Program-made: the position numbers and the translations under genes
The notes under the pieces: model-generated
Database searches by the model: none
Seen by the model: only the letters and a program-made list of their open reading frames with translations
What the model was told of the DNA's origin: nothing
Assembly: GCA_028534125.1 (NCBI GenBank)
Contig: CM052817.1
Span: 28,212,001-28,276,000, forward strand
From: Lama glama
Taxonomy: Eukaryota
DNA length: 64,000 bases
Reading direction: 5' to 3'
Shown: piece after piece, positions 15,098 through 27,170 of the stretch
Layout: every line of letters begins with the position of its first letter
How positions within the stretch are numbered: the stretch's first letter is position 1

Positions 15098-15571
15098 TGT
15101 TATCAGAGATTACAATCTTGTCTCACACAGGAAAGAATTCAACAGTGAGCCATTCTAAAGTGAAAGTAGATTTATTCAGGGAGATACACACTCCACAGAC
15201 AGAGTGTGGGCCATCTCAGAAGGCAAGAAAGGCAGCCCAAGGGGTGGGGGTGGATAGTTTTTACAGGTTGGGTAATTTCATATGCTAATGAGTGGGAAGA
15301 TTATTCCAATTGTTTTGGGAAGGGATGGGGATTTCCACGAATAGGACCCCACCCAATGTTTTTTTATGGTCAGCCTGGGAGCTGTCTTGGCACTGGTGGG
15401 TGTGTCGTTTAGCATGCTAATGTATAACAATGAGCCTATAACGAAACTCAAGATCCACTGGAAGTAGAACCTTCTGCCATCTTGGGCCAAGTTGGTTCCC
15501 CAGTTTATGTCATATACTCAATGGCTGTGTCATTTTAATGAGTGTGCTCTGCCCACTCCCTTCCTGTTCCA
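15098..15571 (-). mobile_element. ERV solo LTR (cetartiodactyl ERV1-like)
   Basis: TG...CA ends, gaaagaattc...gatttatt (AATAAA on the minus strand) near the left end, and an LTR-like layout. Confidence 0.7.
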
Positions 15572-15749
15572 GAGCTTTCTATGTATGGGGCAGAAGTTTC
15601 AGCATATATTCCTTTCAGGTTTATTTCTATATTAAGAAAAGAAAGGAATATGCCAATCAATAAAAGTGTGAAGAGAAAGGAAGGGGAGGAATTTGGTAAT
15701 TTTTTAGACAAAGCACAGGCAAGTGATAGGAAGCACAGTCAAGCTTGGG

Positions 15750-15975
15750 AGCTGTGTGTACAGGCTCTGGATTCAGAACGTCCTGCTCTAGGCCTTGCTT
15801 CTCTACTTCCGCTGTGGGACTTCGGGTAGGTTTCTTAATCTCGCACAACCTCAGTCCTTTTCTTTTTAAAAGAGGGGCAATAATAGCATCTACTAAAATG
15901 CTGGGAGGATTTAGTGAGATCCTTCATGTAAAGCATTTACCACTGTGCCTGTCGCAAAGCACTCAATAAATGGAA
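15750..15975 (+). mobile_element. MIR SINE
   Basis: caggctctgg...cctcagtcc...ggaggatttagtgagat...catgtaaagcatttaccactgtgcctg...aagcactcaataaatg. Confidence 0.8.
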
Positions 15976-16016
15976 GATTTTTTTAAGAAGTACTAAGTTC
16001 TCCCCTATTTTAAAAC

Positions 16017-16618
16017 GTAGGTTTTATATTCAGATATGGTGAGGCCAACAGGAGAGGGCTGCCATTGAAAAATAGTTGTTAATCTGTTACATTCACAGTT
16101 CCCATGGTATGACAGGCCATGCACGGGCCAAATAGGGAACACCAGCTTTGTCCAAAGAACGTGGGCAAGAGTCTTTCTTGTGGTTTCCACAGGAAAGGCA
16201 AGGTGGGATGAGTAGGGTTAGAACTGGCTAATTTGAATAATTTGAGGGAGTTCTGGGGTAAAGAAGCTGTCTCTAGTGGCCTGGTACCTAGCCCTAGGAT
16301 GACTGGGGCAGAGGGATAGAGGCCCTGAGTGTGCTAGAGAAGATGGCTGAGGGTGTGGCCCCTGGACTGGTCAGTTTGCATATCAAAGGCTCACTCCCGG
16401 GCAAATTGTTTTCTATCTCTTGGAATCAGCTGTCCCTGGGAAGTCGCTCCAGTGTCAGCAAGGTCCCAGATGTCAAAGCATCAGAAAATACAGAAAAGTA
16501 TAAATGAACCACTATTCTGTACACCAGAAATTAACACAACATTGTAAACTGACTATCCTTCAACTAAATGAAGAAGCCAAAAGAAGAAAAAAGAGAAAAT
16601 AAAAAATATTTTAATACA
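16017..16618 (-). mobile_element. Old ERVL-type solo LTR (MER54/MER74-like), interrupted near its end by a short L1 tail
   Basis: cagatatggtgaggccaacag...gccattgaaaa...gtttgcatatcaaagg...gtcagcaaggtcccagatgtcaaagcatcagaaaatacagaaa...aataca. Family assignment is from memory. Confidence 0.6.
16503..16595 (+). mobile_element. Very short 5'-truncated L1 3' tail
   Basis: ctgtacaccagaaattaacacaacattgtaaactgactat plus an A-rich tail, the same motif as the L1 ends at 21380 and 56750. Confidence 0.8.
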
Positions 16619-19277
16619 TCTGCAGCTGTACATGTTTAAGATTCTCTTTTGCCATAAATTTCACTTGCAGTTTGAACTTCCCCATGACACAGCCTATGGA
16701 AATAGACACACAATGATTCTGATCATTAAAATTGCAATTCTCAGATCAGCTCTGTGATCAATAATAACCATCACCATAAATGCATCAAGGAAACATGTTG
16801 TACCTCTTAAATTCATACAATGTTTTACATCAAACATATTTCAATTTTTTAATTGAAAAAATAAACAAGCAACTAATATTTGAAGTAGCCTACAGATATA
16901 AATAAATAAATAAATAATAGAAATAAAAAGAAAAAATAGCATATAGGTAATCCAAACTCCAACATCTGGTGATCTATTTGAAGATACCATCTACTCCAAA
17001 TGTACCATACCTGTGGGTAACAATCTATTGATATAGAATATTTGTCTACATGCATCAATTAAAATATCCATAAATGACATACAGAGAAGCTTGTATGTCA
17101 TTCATTTGCTCAACAAATTGTCAAAATGGCTACAGACCAAGTATGATAAGAAACTGAACGGACATAGTAGGAATTAAGAAAAAAGAACAGAATTAAACAA
17201 TATTCAGGAAGTAGAATCCAGACTATTTGGTGGCCAAGGGATTGTAAACAGCGGTGGCCAGCCCTCTGCGAGGAAAGAGATAAAGAGAGGAGTATAAACT
17301 TAAATTGTAAGATTTTCATATTTTATCAACATGTTGCTTTTAGTAACATAAAATATTAACTTATAAATTTATAGTACTTACTGGCATTTATTTTTTACAC
17401 AGTCAGTATGTTATTTTACCACCTTTTATAATTGCAATTTTGAGGGTACATTACAGTCATCTTCAAAACACTAATAAAGATGACAGCTCTCCACAATAAA
17501 TTTAAACGTGTAGGATTTATGGTTTTGCTACATAAATTCACATCAAAGTGCATACTTGACAATTTTAAAGAAAAAGTAAAAGTTGGTTACAGGCAAATCT
17601 GGTATTTTACTAGAATTACAAAAATACATCTTCCAAATACATAGATTATTAGTCAAGATTTCTTCATTGTGTAAACCAAAGGGCCCACATATCTAAAGCA
17701 AAGTTGGAAAAACTAAGACTATTTATTCTCCAAGTAACTTTAGGTCAAAGTTAAAGATGACTTATTATGGTCATAAAATAGCACTAGATGTAGTAAATCT
17801 ATGTCTTTGCGTTGTCCCCTGTCACTTTGTAACCAAAGCTATTTCTACTCTGCCATAATGTGTATCTTTAATCAGACAATATTAGCCACAGCAGAGCAAG
17901 CCACAAGTCATGGGGACAGATGACTACAACTCTATTTATGATAGAGATAGGTGTCTGTGACATTGCATATAAAGCAGGATTTATAAATCAAATTAAATTC
18001 CTACCTCATTTCCATAATGATTTTGCTTCTAATGAAATCATTTTGACCCTAAATTTTCATCTTTAAAAATATACTTTAAAAAATACATAAATTTTTCTGC
18101 AGGTTTCTAAAGTAACAACAAGACTCTGAAAAAATAACATTTACTCTTTATTGATTAAATGCTGCCTATGATAAAGTAGCATAATGAAGAAGTCTGAAAG
18201 GTGCAGGATGTTTATATTTGAGGAGTTCTCTGGTAAGACTAAACAGTAGCAGGCAAAGCCTGGTATTGTCTGACAGCAGTCCTGAGCAAGTAAACCATAG
18301 TTTTCCTTTAAACAACTTCTGGGCTCTCAGACTCAATGAGACCTTACCATGAGCCAGCTGAGTGGACCTTCCAATTTTTCAAAGATAAAACTGTTTATTC
18401 TGCACGTCACCTTTGAAGGGAAGAACCATTAAAATTTAAAAAAATAATTCCCTAATTTACCCATTCATTTTATTGATCTGAAGTGTGGCACGCATCTACT
18501 TCATGTTCTTTTCAAGGCAGCAAATGCATCGGCAGTTTAGTAAGATTTGCACCATGTGCGGCTTTCCTCAATGCCACGCAGTTCAGCCGTGTGCATGGGA
18601 TTGCACATGCACTCTACAATGAGGATGTGGTAAACTAGCGACTCCTAGTGGTTGGTATATAATTGTGCAAATACACACTTCCAGCACAGCCAAAAAGAAC
18701 GGTGGAAATAATATATACTGCCTCATTTCCTTCCAAAAAAAAATAAGCTTATTGCCATCAGAAGTATTTTTAAATGGATAACTTCTACACATGCTAACAA
18801 AATACATGTATAAATAGACATTTTAAAACTTCTTTATGATAAAAAGAACATTGAAAAGTATCCAAAGAAGGAAAGCTGAAATTTATTGATGAGTATCGCT
18901 TTAACTACGACCACAGCTCAGTACTGCCGTCTCTGGGATTTTGTCTTAAACATGTAATTCAACAAGAATAAGAATCTATATCCAACACTATCTATAAAGC
19001 AAACTCCAAAACTAGAAACCTTAATTTCCAACAAGAGGGAAATGTTTCAACAAATTCTAATGTGTCACCATTATGATGTATAATATAATCATTTTCACGT
19101 TTAATTGTAAGTACTAAGGGAAAAATGAAAAATGTTCCTGATTAAGTATTATGCTTAACAAGCCCTTTAAAAATGGTCCATTTATTGTGAATGCCACTAT
19201 AAAAATACATAGTTGCATGTATATACACACTGGAAGGCAATATGGAAAAACAAACTTGATTGCATTAAGGCAATAAT

Positions 19278-19580
19278 TTATTTTTAATTAAAGACAATTT
19301 TTCTAGAACAGTTTTAGGTTCACAGTGGAACTGAGAGGAAGGTGCAGAGACTTCCCATTCGCTCCCTACCCCTTCACATGCGCAGCCTCTCCTGTTACCA
19401 ACATTCCCCACCAGAGCGGTACAGCTGTTACAACTAATGAACCTACATTGATACATCGTGATCAAAGTCTGTAATCTATGTGAGGGTTTATTTTTGAGGT
19501 TGTACATTCTGTGTTTAGATAAATGTATAATGACATGTATCCATCATTATAGTATCACACAGAGTATCTTCCCTAAAAAT
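19278..19580 (-). mobile_element. Old L1 3' end (L1MC/L1MB-like)
   Basis: cagttttaggttcacag...cagagacttccc...ccccaccagagcggtaca...gaacctacattgataca...atgtatccatcattatagtatcacacagagt. Confidence 0.75.
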
Positions 19581-20958
19581 TCTTCAGTGTTGTTATGTAT
19601 TTTTAATGCTTAAAAATCACTCATTCTCCCCCAAAAAATGAAAAAATATCTGCATTGCAAATTTATTTCAGACTCACATGTAAGGATGAGCTACAAGGAG
19701 CTTTTCAAAACTCAAATTTAATCAAGTCTCTGTCTTCAAATTTTACTCATCTTCATAGCTTACCTCCTCAGGAAAATCTTCCCTAACTCCTAGTCTGGAT
19801 AAAGGTAGCTTATTAAATGTTCTAAGAATCTATTCTTTTCCTTCAGAACATGTTACTCACTTTGTGATTATGCACTCATTAGGGTGATTGTGAGTTTGCA
19901 TCTTCCACTAGATTACGAGAGAAACACTATGTACACAGGAAGAACTCAATAAAATCCGTGGAATACATCAAACAGCAGCACATGCTCACCGAGATAGTTA
20001 ACTTGCACAACTTCTGTCCCCACTGCAGTAGGAGCTGGACTACAGGAAGGCGTGGGTGTGGTCCTTCATTCATTTTGGCAATTTTCACCAATCCATCTAA
20101 GAATCTTGATAATTTTAGAATTACCTAGCACTCTGGTGAAGTTAACAGGAATAAATTCATGTCCTTTTGTTTATCAGCTCAAGTTATCTTGAATACGAGG
20201 CATTGAAGGAATGAGGATGTTTCACATGGGCCCCACCTTGTCCTTGTCTCCTGCAATTGATTCTGCCCATAATCTCTTGCACGTGACTTCAGCCCCTAAC
20301 TAGTCCTCTCCAACGTTCTTGGTACAATCCAAATTGACCAACAGTTGTTGCTAATCTTCAAGAATGATACTCCTCTCTTGAAAACCATCTTTGGCCAATT
20401 ATTTCTCACACCTGGTCAACTTCTACTGCCCTATTCTTGCTACAGCCTTAGAAAACATTTTGCCCTCCTTTCCCAAGAGACCTTCCAAGCCTCCTTGTGG
20501 TCAGCATTATCTAATAAAGACTCAGGCTCGTGGAGCTCTGGTTGATTTCCTTCCACATCTGCTTATTTATGAAACAGATAGACAAGAGACAACATGTCTG
20601 TTCTACTCTTCAGAATATACACAACATCCATCTCAATCATTGGAGCCTAATAATGTTCCTTGGTTGAAAATAAGTAACTGAAAACTAGAGCTTATGGTTT
20701 AGAAGTTGATACAACAGGCTAAGGTAAAAGCCTATACTTTCACTGTATTTTCCCAATTTTTCTTCTCAAGCAGCAATTCATCAAGGAGTTAATAACCCTG
20801 AGTCCAGGAAAAGGAAGAAGGAGACAGCGAAGAAGATGAAGGGAGTGTTTCTGAGATGTTACTGAAGTGAATTGCTCCCATCAGGCCAGGAGAATATTTT
20901 CAGCTGCTCCTTTAATTTCATGTATGTTTCACCTGTGAAAGATAAGAACCTCTTCAGC

Positions 20959-21051
20959 AGGAAGGAAGGAAGAAAGGAAGGAAGGAAGGAAGGAAGGAAG
21001 GAAGGAAGGAAGGAAGGAAGGAAGGAAGGAAGGGAAGGAGGAAGGGAGGAA
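20959..21051 (+). repeat. (GGAA)n polypurine microsatellite
   Basis: Directly visible run of GGAA units with a few variants. Confidence 0.95.
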
Positions 21052-21160
21052 ATCCCACCATTGAATAAAGCATCATTTGCTGCTGAAATAAAGTGTAGTA
21101 TATGTGACGTCTGCCAAGAAAGGAAAGGAGAAAAAAAGAGCTTGTAAGAAAAACTACATT

Positions 21161-21430
21161 CAGAAACAGACTCACAGATATAGTAAACAAACTTATGGTT
21201 ACAGGGGGAAAGGAGGTGGGAAGGGATAAATTGGATAAATAGATTTGCAAATACCACTATATATAAAATAGATTAGAAAACAAATTTGTTCTGTATATTC
21301 AATATCTTGTAGTAACCTATAATGAAAAAGAATATGAAAACAAATATATGTCTGTATACGTATGATTGAAACATCACACTGTACACCAGAAATTGACACA
21401 TAACTGACTATACTTCAATTAAAAAAAAGA
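21161..21430 (+). mobile_element. 5'-truncated young L1 3' end with 15-bp target-site duplication
   Basis: cagaaacagactcacaga...tatacttcaattaaaa. TSD aagaaaaactacatt (21146-21160) / aagaaaaactatatt (21431-21445), one mismatch. Confidence 0.9.
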
Positions 21431-22263
21431 AAGAAAAACTATATTTTTATTATTTTTTCCCCAAATTGGGACTGTAATAAAGAAGTGTAAGAAATTTTAA
21501 AAATAGATAAACCAAAAGAACTACAAAAATTTTAACATCCTTATAAAAATATTTTAAAATCTTTTTAAGAATTTTAATTTTAATTATATTTCATATTTAA
21601 ATAATTATACTAAAGCATGTGAATTTTAACCCCACCGCACTTTGCTATTCTGAATATACTGATAGCTCTGAATGAAGGAAAGTTATTTCTTTCAGCACGT
21701 TATTTGCCTGAATCAAGCTAGTAAACATTAAGAGCTTCTGAGTCCCAATATGAAACCAAAAACAAGAGCTCTGAGGTTGCTGAAGCAACAGCATGATCCA
21801 CTACGAATGGGCTGAATGTAATATAGTCAAATCTAATTTTCAACTCTCTTCCACACTAATAGTGGAATTCTAAGCAGAGAAGTTGTGACAAGAGAAAAAA
21901 AGTGAAAATTATGAATCTGGATAATAAAGTGTTGGCAGTTTTCAAAGGTATGAAAAAATAGTAGTCAGCATAATACATCTTACATTATAACACATAAAGC
22001 ACAAAATCACCTTACGTTACTCATCAGTGTTGTAATTAATTTGAAGTGTGACTTTTAGTATGCAGGGAAATTGACATTCCAATAAAATAATTATCCCGGC
22101 CTTGACTTGTAACACTCCCCTTCTCCTGACTATTATCAATCATATTAAATTATTTAGCTCTCTGAAGAAGGGCATTTGTTCACTTTCATTTTCATTCCAA
22201 GCCTACGGTTATATCAGAACTTTCTTCGGAAACAGCCATACGGGTTTCTGGTAAGATGGTGAC

Positions 22264-22763
22264 NNNNNNNNNNNNNNNNNNNNNNNNNNNNNNNNNNNNN
22301 NNNNNNNNNNNNNNNNNNNNNNNNNNNNNNNNNNNNNNNNNNNNNNNNNNNNNNNNNNNNNNNNNNNNNNNNNNNNNNNNNNNNNNNNNNNNNNNNNNNN
22401 NNNNNNNNNNNNNNNNNNNNNNNNNNNNNNNNNNNNNNNNNNNNNNNNNNNNNNNNNNNNNNNNNNNNNNNNNNNNNNNNNNNNNNNNNNNNNNNNNNNN
22501 NNNNNNNNNNNNNNNNNNNNNNNNNNNNNNNNNNNNNNNNNNNNNNNNNNNNNNNNNNNNNNNNNNNNNNNNNNNNNNNNNNNNNNNNNNNNNNNNNNNN
22601 NNNNNNNNNNNNNNNNNNNNNNNNNNNNNNNNNNNNNNNNNNNNNNNNNNNNNNNNNNNNNNNNNNNNNNNNNNNNNNNNNNNNNNNNNNNNNNNNNNNN
22701 NNNNNNNNNNNNNNNNNNNNNNNNNNNNNNNNNNNNNNNNNNNNNNNNNNNNNNNNNNNNNNN
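22264..22763. other. Assembly gap (500 N)
   Basis: Run of N. Confidence 1.
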
Positions 22764-24245
22764 TTTGACATATTTTATATCTTTAAACACTATTTCTTTT
22801 AGTTCATTCAGTACGTTGATCACTCCTTTTTTGAAATCTTGATCTAGGAGGCCATCAGTGTCTATTTCCTTGATCGTGCTTTCAGTGGATTTCTCTTGAT
22901 CTTTTGATTGGGAGTGGTTCCTCTGCTTCTTCATATTGCTCATATCTCTCTGGTACTGTGGCTTAAGGAGTATCAGGTAGCTAGTTCTCCTGGAGACAGT
23001 GTGCTCTTAATGATTTTATTGAGAGGTCTTTGTGTCTTCACCCTGTTTTGCGAACTCAGCTTGCTGTTTCCTGAGGCCCTCTGTTGGAGCCCTTGTCTGT
23101 GCTGCCCCCAGTGGCTGTCGGCTAGCAGATCGTGCCCCCTCCCAACACTGGGTAAGGTGCTGAGCTCTTACCTGGTGGGCTGATGGGTCACTCCCCCTCC
23201 CGATGCCGCAGTCAGATACTGTGCTCAGGCGAGGCAAGTGGGTGGATCACGCCCCCTCCCAGCACCGTGGTCAGGTGCTGTGTTCCTGCCAGGAAGGGGG
23301 GTGGCCATCCATCCTCTCCCGGCGCGGGCGCTCCACTGCTCTGTGCAGCTGCCCGCTCCGCCTCGGGTCGGCACTCTGAAGGCAGGCTCGGGGAAGACCG
23401 TGGAATGGCCCCACCCCTGCTCCGTGCCAAATCTCAGCTCCTTGTTTGTCTTGGCAGCGCGAGTTCTCTGAGGTGCCAGGGCAGAAAGATCCTATCTGCC
23501 TTGGGCTGTAAACAAGCTTCAGTCCTGCCCAGGAGATTGCGGAGCCCCCAGGTGTGGATCAGGGCTCAGCCCTGCCCCCGCCCGGGTGCTTTGCACAGGA
23601 GGAGATGGCGGCTGTGGCTGACCCCGCCTCTCTTCTCACCAGAAGCACCAGTGATGGTGACGCAGGTCTGAGGAGACAAAGGCTACAGCGCCCCTCCCCT
23701 TAGGGCACACCAGCCTTGTTGCTTTGCTTTTTTTGCAATTTATGGGGGACCGAGGTGGTTCTGCTCCGTATCCCCTCCCAGCCACGGTGCACAGCCCCAG
23801 CCCTCCACCCGGCTCTGGCAGCCTGTCCTGGCCCCAGCTGCTGGCTCGCATCTCAGGCTGGGTGTCCTGGGGACCCTTTGTGCCCATTTAACTCAGTTCT
23901 AACAGTCAAGGGGTGCTCGGGGCAGGTCTGAGCCTCAGAGGCTCCCCCTCCATCCCGCTAGCCTCTCCGTTGGAGGGGGGGAACCCAGCTAACGAGCGCC
24001 AGTCCTCCTTTGCTGCTCCCTCCCCACGGGACCCGTCCCACACTGTTTTGCTATTTCTTCTTTCTTTTTTCCTTTTCTCCTACCAGATTTTTGGCATCTT
24101 TGTCTTTCAAAGAGGGTGATGTTCTGTCAGAGTTCGGCAGGTGTTCTGGTTGGCTGAGTAGGTCCGTAGATGTGAGTTTTGTTGTATTTGTGGGAGAGGG
24201 TGAGCTACAAGCGTCTTTCTACTCCACCATCTTGCTTCTTTCTCC
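22764..24245 (-). mobile_element. Young L1 5' end: ~1.3-kb GC/CpG-rich 5'UTR plus start of ORF1 (MSNMKKQRNHSQSKDQEK..., ATG at 22943), continuing into the gap
   Basis: The minus strand starts ...gaagcaagatggtggagtag, the typical L1 5' CAAGATGG (YY1-like) motif. The UTR is CpG-rich, and an ORF1p-like N-terminus is open for 60 codons up to the gap. Confidence 0.9.
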
Positions 24246-26454
24246 AAACTTTAGTTTCTTCATTTAAAAAATTGCTGTAATAGTGCTTACTTAGCACTAA
24301 TGATTAAAAGGGCCAATGTCTGTAAACCACTTAACACATCACTATTATCATTATTTTCAGGATGGCATTGATTTTCAGAAGAAAAGATTCTAAATTAATT
24401 GAAGAATATACTGGAAATATTTCCATAGGTATCTGGGCAGTCTTGGTAAACTATGACAAACAATAGAATGATTAGTTAATTTCTACTTGCATGGAATTGA
24501 ATGCAGAATTTTATTTAAATAGTAACAAACTTAACATGTGACATTCTTAGCCAAATATTCTCAGGAAAAGATTGTTTCCTAAGAATGTTGATATTTAAGG
24601 AAATACGCTCTTTTTTTTGTGGACACAAGGGGTTTTATTATAGGCCAAAGAATCATTGGAATGCTTTTGATGGAAAACTATAGGGAATGAGATCTCTGGA
24701 ATATGTAAATGCAGTGCAGACAGGTCAGGTAGAGACTTACCCTGGTGAATGTCCCAGGTCTCAGGATGGGAGGAATCCAATTTTTACCTAAAACTTGCTG
24801 ACTAGGCTGAGATCCCCATCCTGCTGCTGGTGCTTAAGAGTAAGGAGGATGCCATTTGACTTCCTTGTCCTTGCTGGAGGTTCTTGCTCCTGGGTTCAGC
24901 AAGGATAAGGTCAGGTGGAGGGTGGGGATGGGGAACGCTGTGTGTAAGCATGGGGTTTTGGCTACTGTCACTGCTCTGGATGAGACACAGGGACCAGAGG
25001 GCTCCTCTCACCAGCTACAGGTGGAGCTGTGGGTGGAGCCACATTAAGTAGCTGCAGTGAGAAGGATGGAGATGCTCAGCTCCCAGGTTTTCTCTGTTAC
25101 AGAGCAGAGCCCCCCCCCTTAAGTGCTTGGTACACCAGCTGTGCACTAGACCCCCAGGTGTCTTCAAGGGAAGTGATTCTCCTGTCTTTAGGTGCATTGC
25201 TTGATGTGAGCAGAGCCTGAGTTTCTTCTGAAACATTGAATCTGCTCCCACAGTAGTGATGGTGCTGGAATGATCTGGCAGAGGCAGAGCAGATTTCACG
25301 TATCTAAGAAGGGTAGTGAGACTGTCCTTTCCTGGCCTATGCGTGGTATTCTAAACAGTGAACCAAGGCACCTGCTAAGATAAGAAGTTTGCTGGGGAGC
25401 AGATGAGTGATAGCTGCTCTGGTACATTCATATTCTTTGGAGTCTCAGGGTACATTTTCTTTCACTGAAGAAAAATGTGTCACATATTCTCCTTACTGCT
25501 TAGTTCACGTACCAAATTCCCTGGAGGCATTTCCCATTTTAGCTTAGCTAACTCTTGAAAGAAATAGAATGTAGCAAAAGTAAAATATTGCCAATATTAC
25601 TATGTTTTAAGCTTTAATGTTTTGTTTTGGTGCTTTCTTTGCTTTGTTCTCATCACTCTAAGTGGGTCGTGTCTATATTCCTGGCAAAGCCACCGACAAA
25701 TAAAAGAATATAATCTGCCTGTTTGGGCTACACATGTTCCCTGTATCCCTGTGTATTCATCTATCACTGTTTTTAATACAGCAAGTTGGCGATCTCAATG
25801 GTGATTAAGATGATGTGTGTTATATAAAATAAGCTGAAGTCAATGAAACCCAGAACTAAAGGCTCCTGAACATTCCGCCGGAATTGCCCACCCTGTCTTT
25901 AGCAACCTCACCCAACCTTCAAGGTCCAGGTCAAATGTCTCCAGCCTCAGAAAGTCTTCTCTGCCCTCCATGAACACATCTTTTTTCTCCATGCTGTGAT
26001 CTGGCTCATCCTTTTCCTGCACCACTCATTTGGCAGTTATTTCCCATTCTTCATTGTGGATTCCTTGGTTGTGTGCTTAGAAAAAAATACATTGTAACCT
26101 CCTAATGCTCGGGACATTTAATTTTTTTAATAAAATAAAATTTTATTTCCACCCTGCCCAGCACAAATCAGAACCCAAAATGTATGTTTTGTGTGATGAT
26201 GTTTCTCCCTGTATTGTTGATTAGTTGAGCACCTATTCTGTGCCGGGGGATATGATGTGAGAAAGACACAGGTGATCTCCGCCTCTGACTAGAAGTAACT
26301 TCTTCCTTCTTCCGCTTCTACAGTTGCATGTTGGGAAGTATAGTGGGGGGATATAAGAAGAGGCTGGAAAGGAAAGAAAAGTGGGGTAGTTCAAAGAAAC
26401 ACGATGAGCGTTGGAAAGCATATACATTGTCCCCGTTCTCATTTCCACAGTAAA

Positions 26455-26680
26455 GTTTTAAAAGTTGAAAACACTGGCTCTGGAGTAAGTCCCTGCCTGG
26501 GTTCACATGCCCACTCTGCTTTCTCTCTGGGTGACCTTGGAACTGTTACTTAACCTCACTGAGGCTCAAGTTCTACCTTTAAGAGTCCACAGCATCAAAT
26601 TAGATGAGGTTGGGTGCCTAGCTCACAATACCTGTTTAATTACTGTTAATGGGTATTAATATTATTATGATTATTATTAG
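26455..26680 (+). mobile_element. MIR SINE
   Basis: ggctctggagt...cctgggttca...gggtgaccttgg...ttacttaacctcactgaggctcaagtt, with a (TTA)-like tail. Confidence 0.7.
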
Positions 26681-27104
26681 CAGCTATTATCTTTACAGCA
26701 TGACTCTAAGGAGAGCATGTCCAGGGTTTCTTGGAATAGTGGGGAAGCAGCCCCAGCTGGGAATTTGCTCAGAGGCTTCCTTTCCCCGGTGGCTGGCTTA
26801 GGCTCCCTGAAAAAGTCTGAAGGGTGTGCTGGAACCTTCCATCTCATCTGACAGCTATGGGCTTCCCAGCTCACCTCCTGCTGGCAGGCGTCCTCTTGAC
26901 CACAGTTAGCCTTACTAGATGGGAGAATATTCGAATGAAAGCAATGTCATCTCCTCTTTGACCTCCTGGTTCTAAGTTTACTTAGATCTGAAGGGAAAAA
27001 TCCTGTTCAGTATTTTGTGGGTTAAACTTTCTTGGCTAGAACTTTGTTTTCCCAGATACTAATGAAATGGATTTTCTTTCTCCCCTACCCTCTCTTGTTA
27101 ATAG

Positions 27105-27170
27105 GGTGCTGAGAAAATTTTGTCAATGAATGAATCAGGAGAACTGCAAGACCTCTTAACCAAAATTGAG
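27105..27170 (+). CDS. GRXCR1: GRXCR1 penultimate coding exon (exon 3), 66 bp, phase 0-0, GAEKILSMNESGELQDLLTKIE (end of glutaredoxin domain)
   Basis: Pyrimidine tract plus TAG acceptor at 27102-27104 and GAG|GTAATT donor at 27171. The translation matches mammalian GRXCR1 as I recall it and splices in frame to the exon at 37945. Confidence 0.95.
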
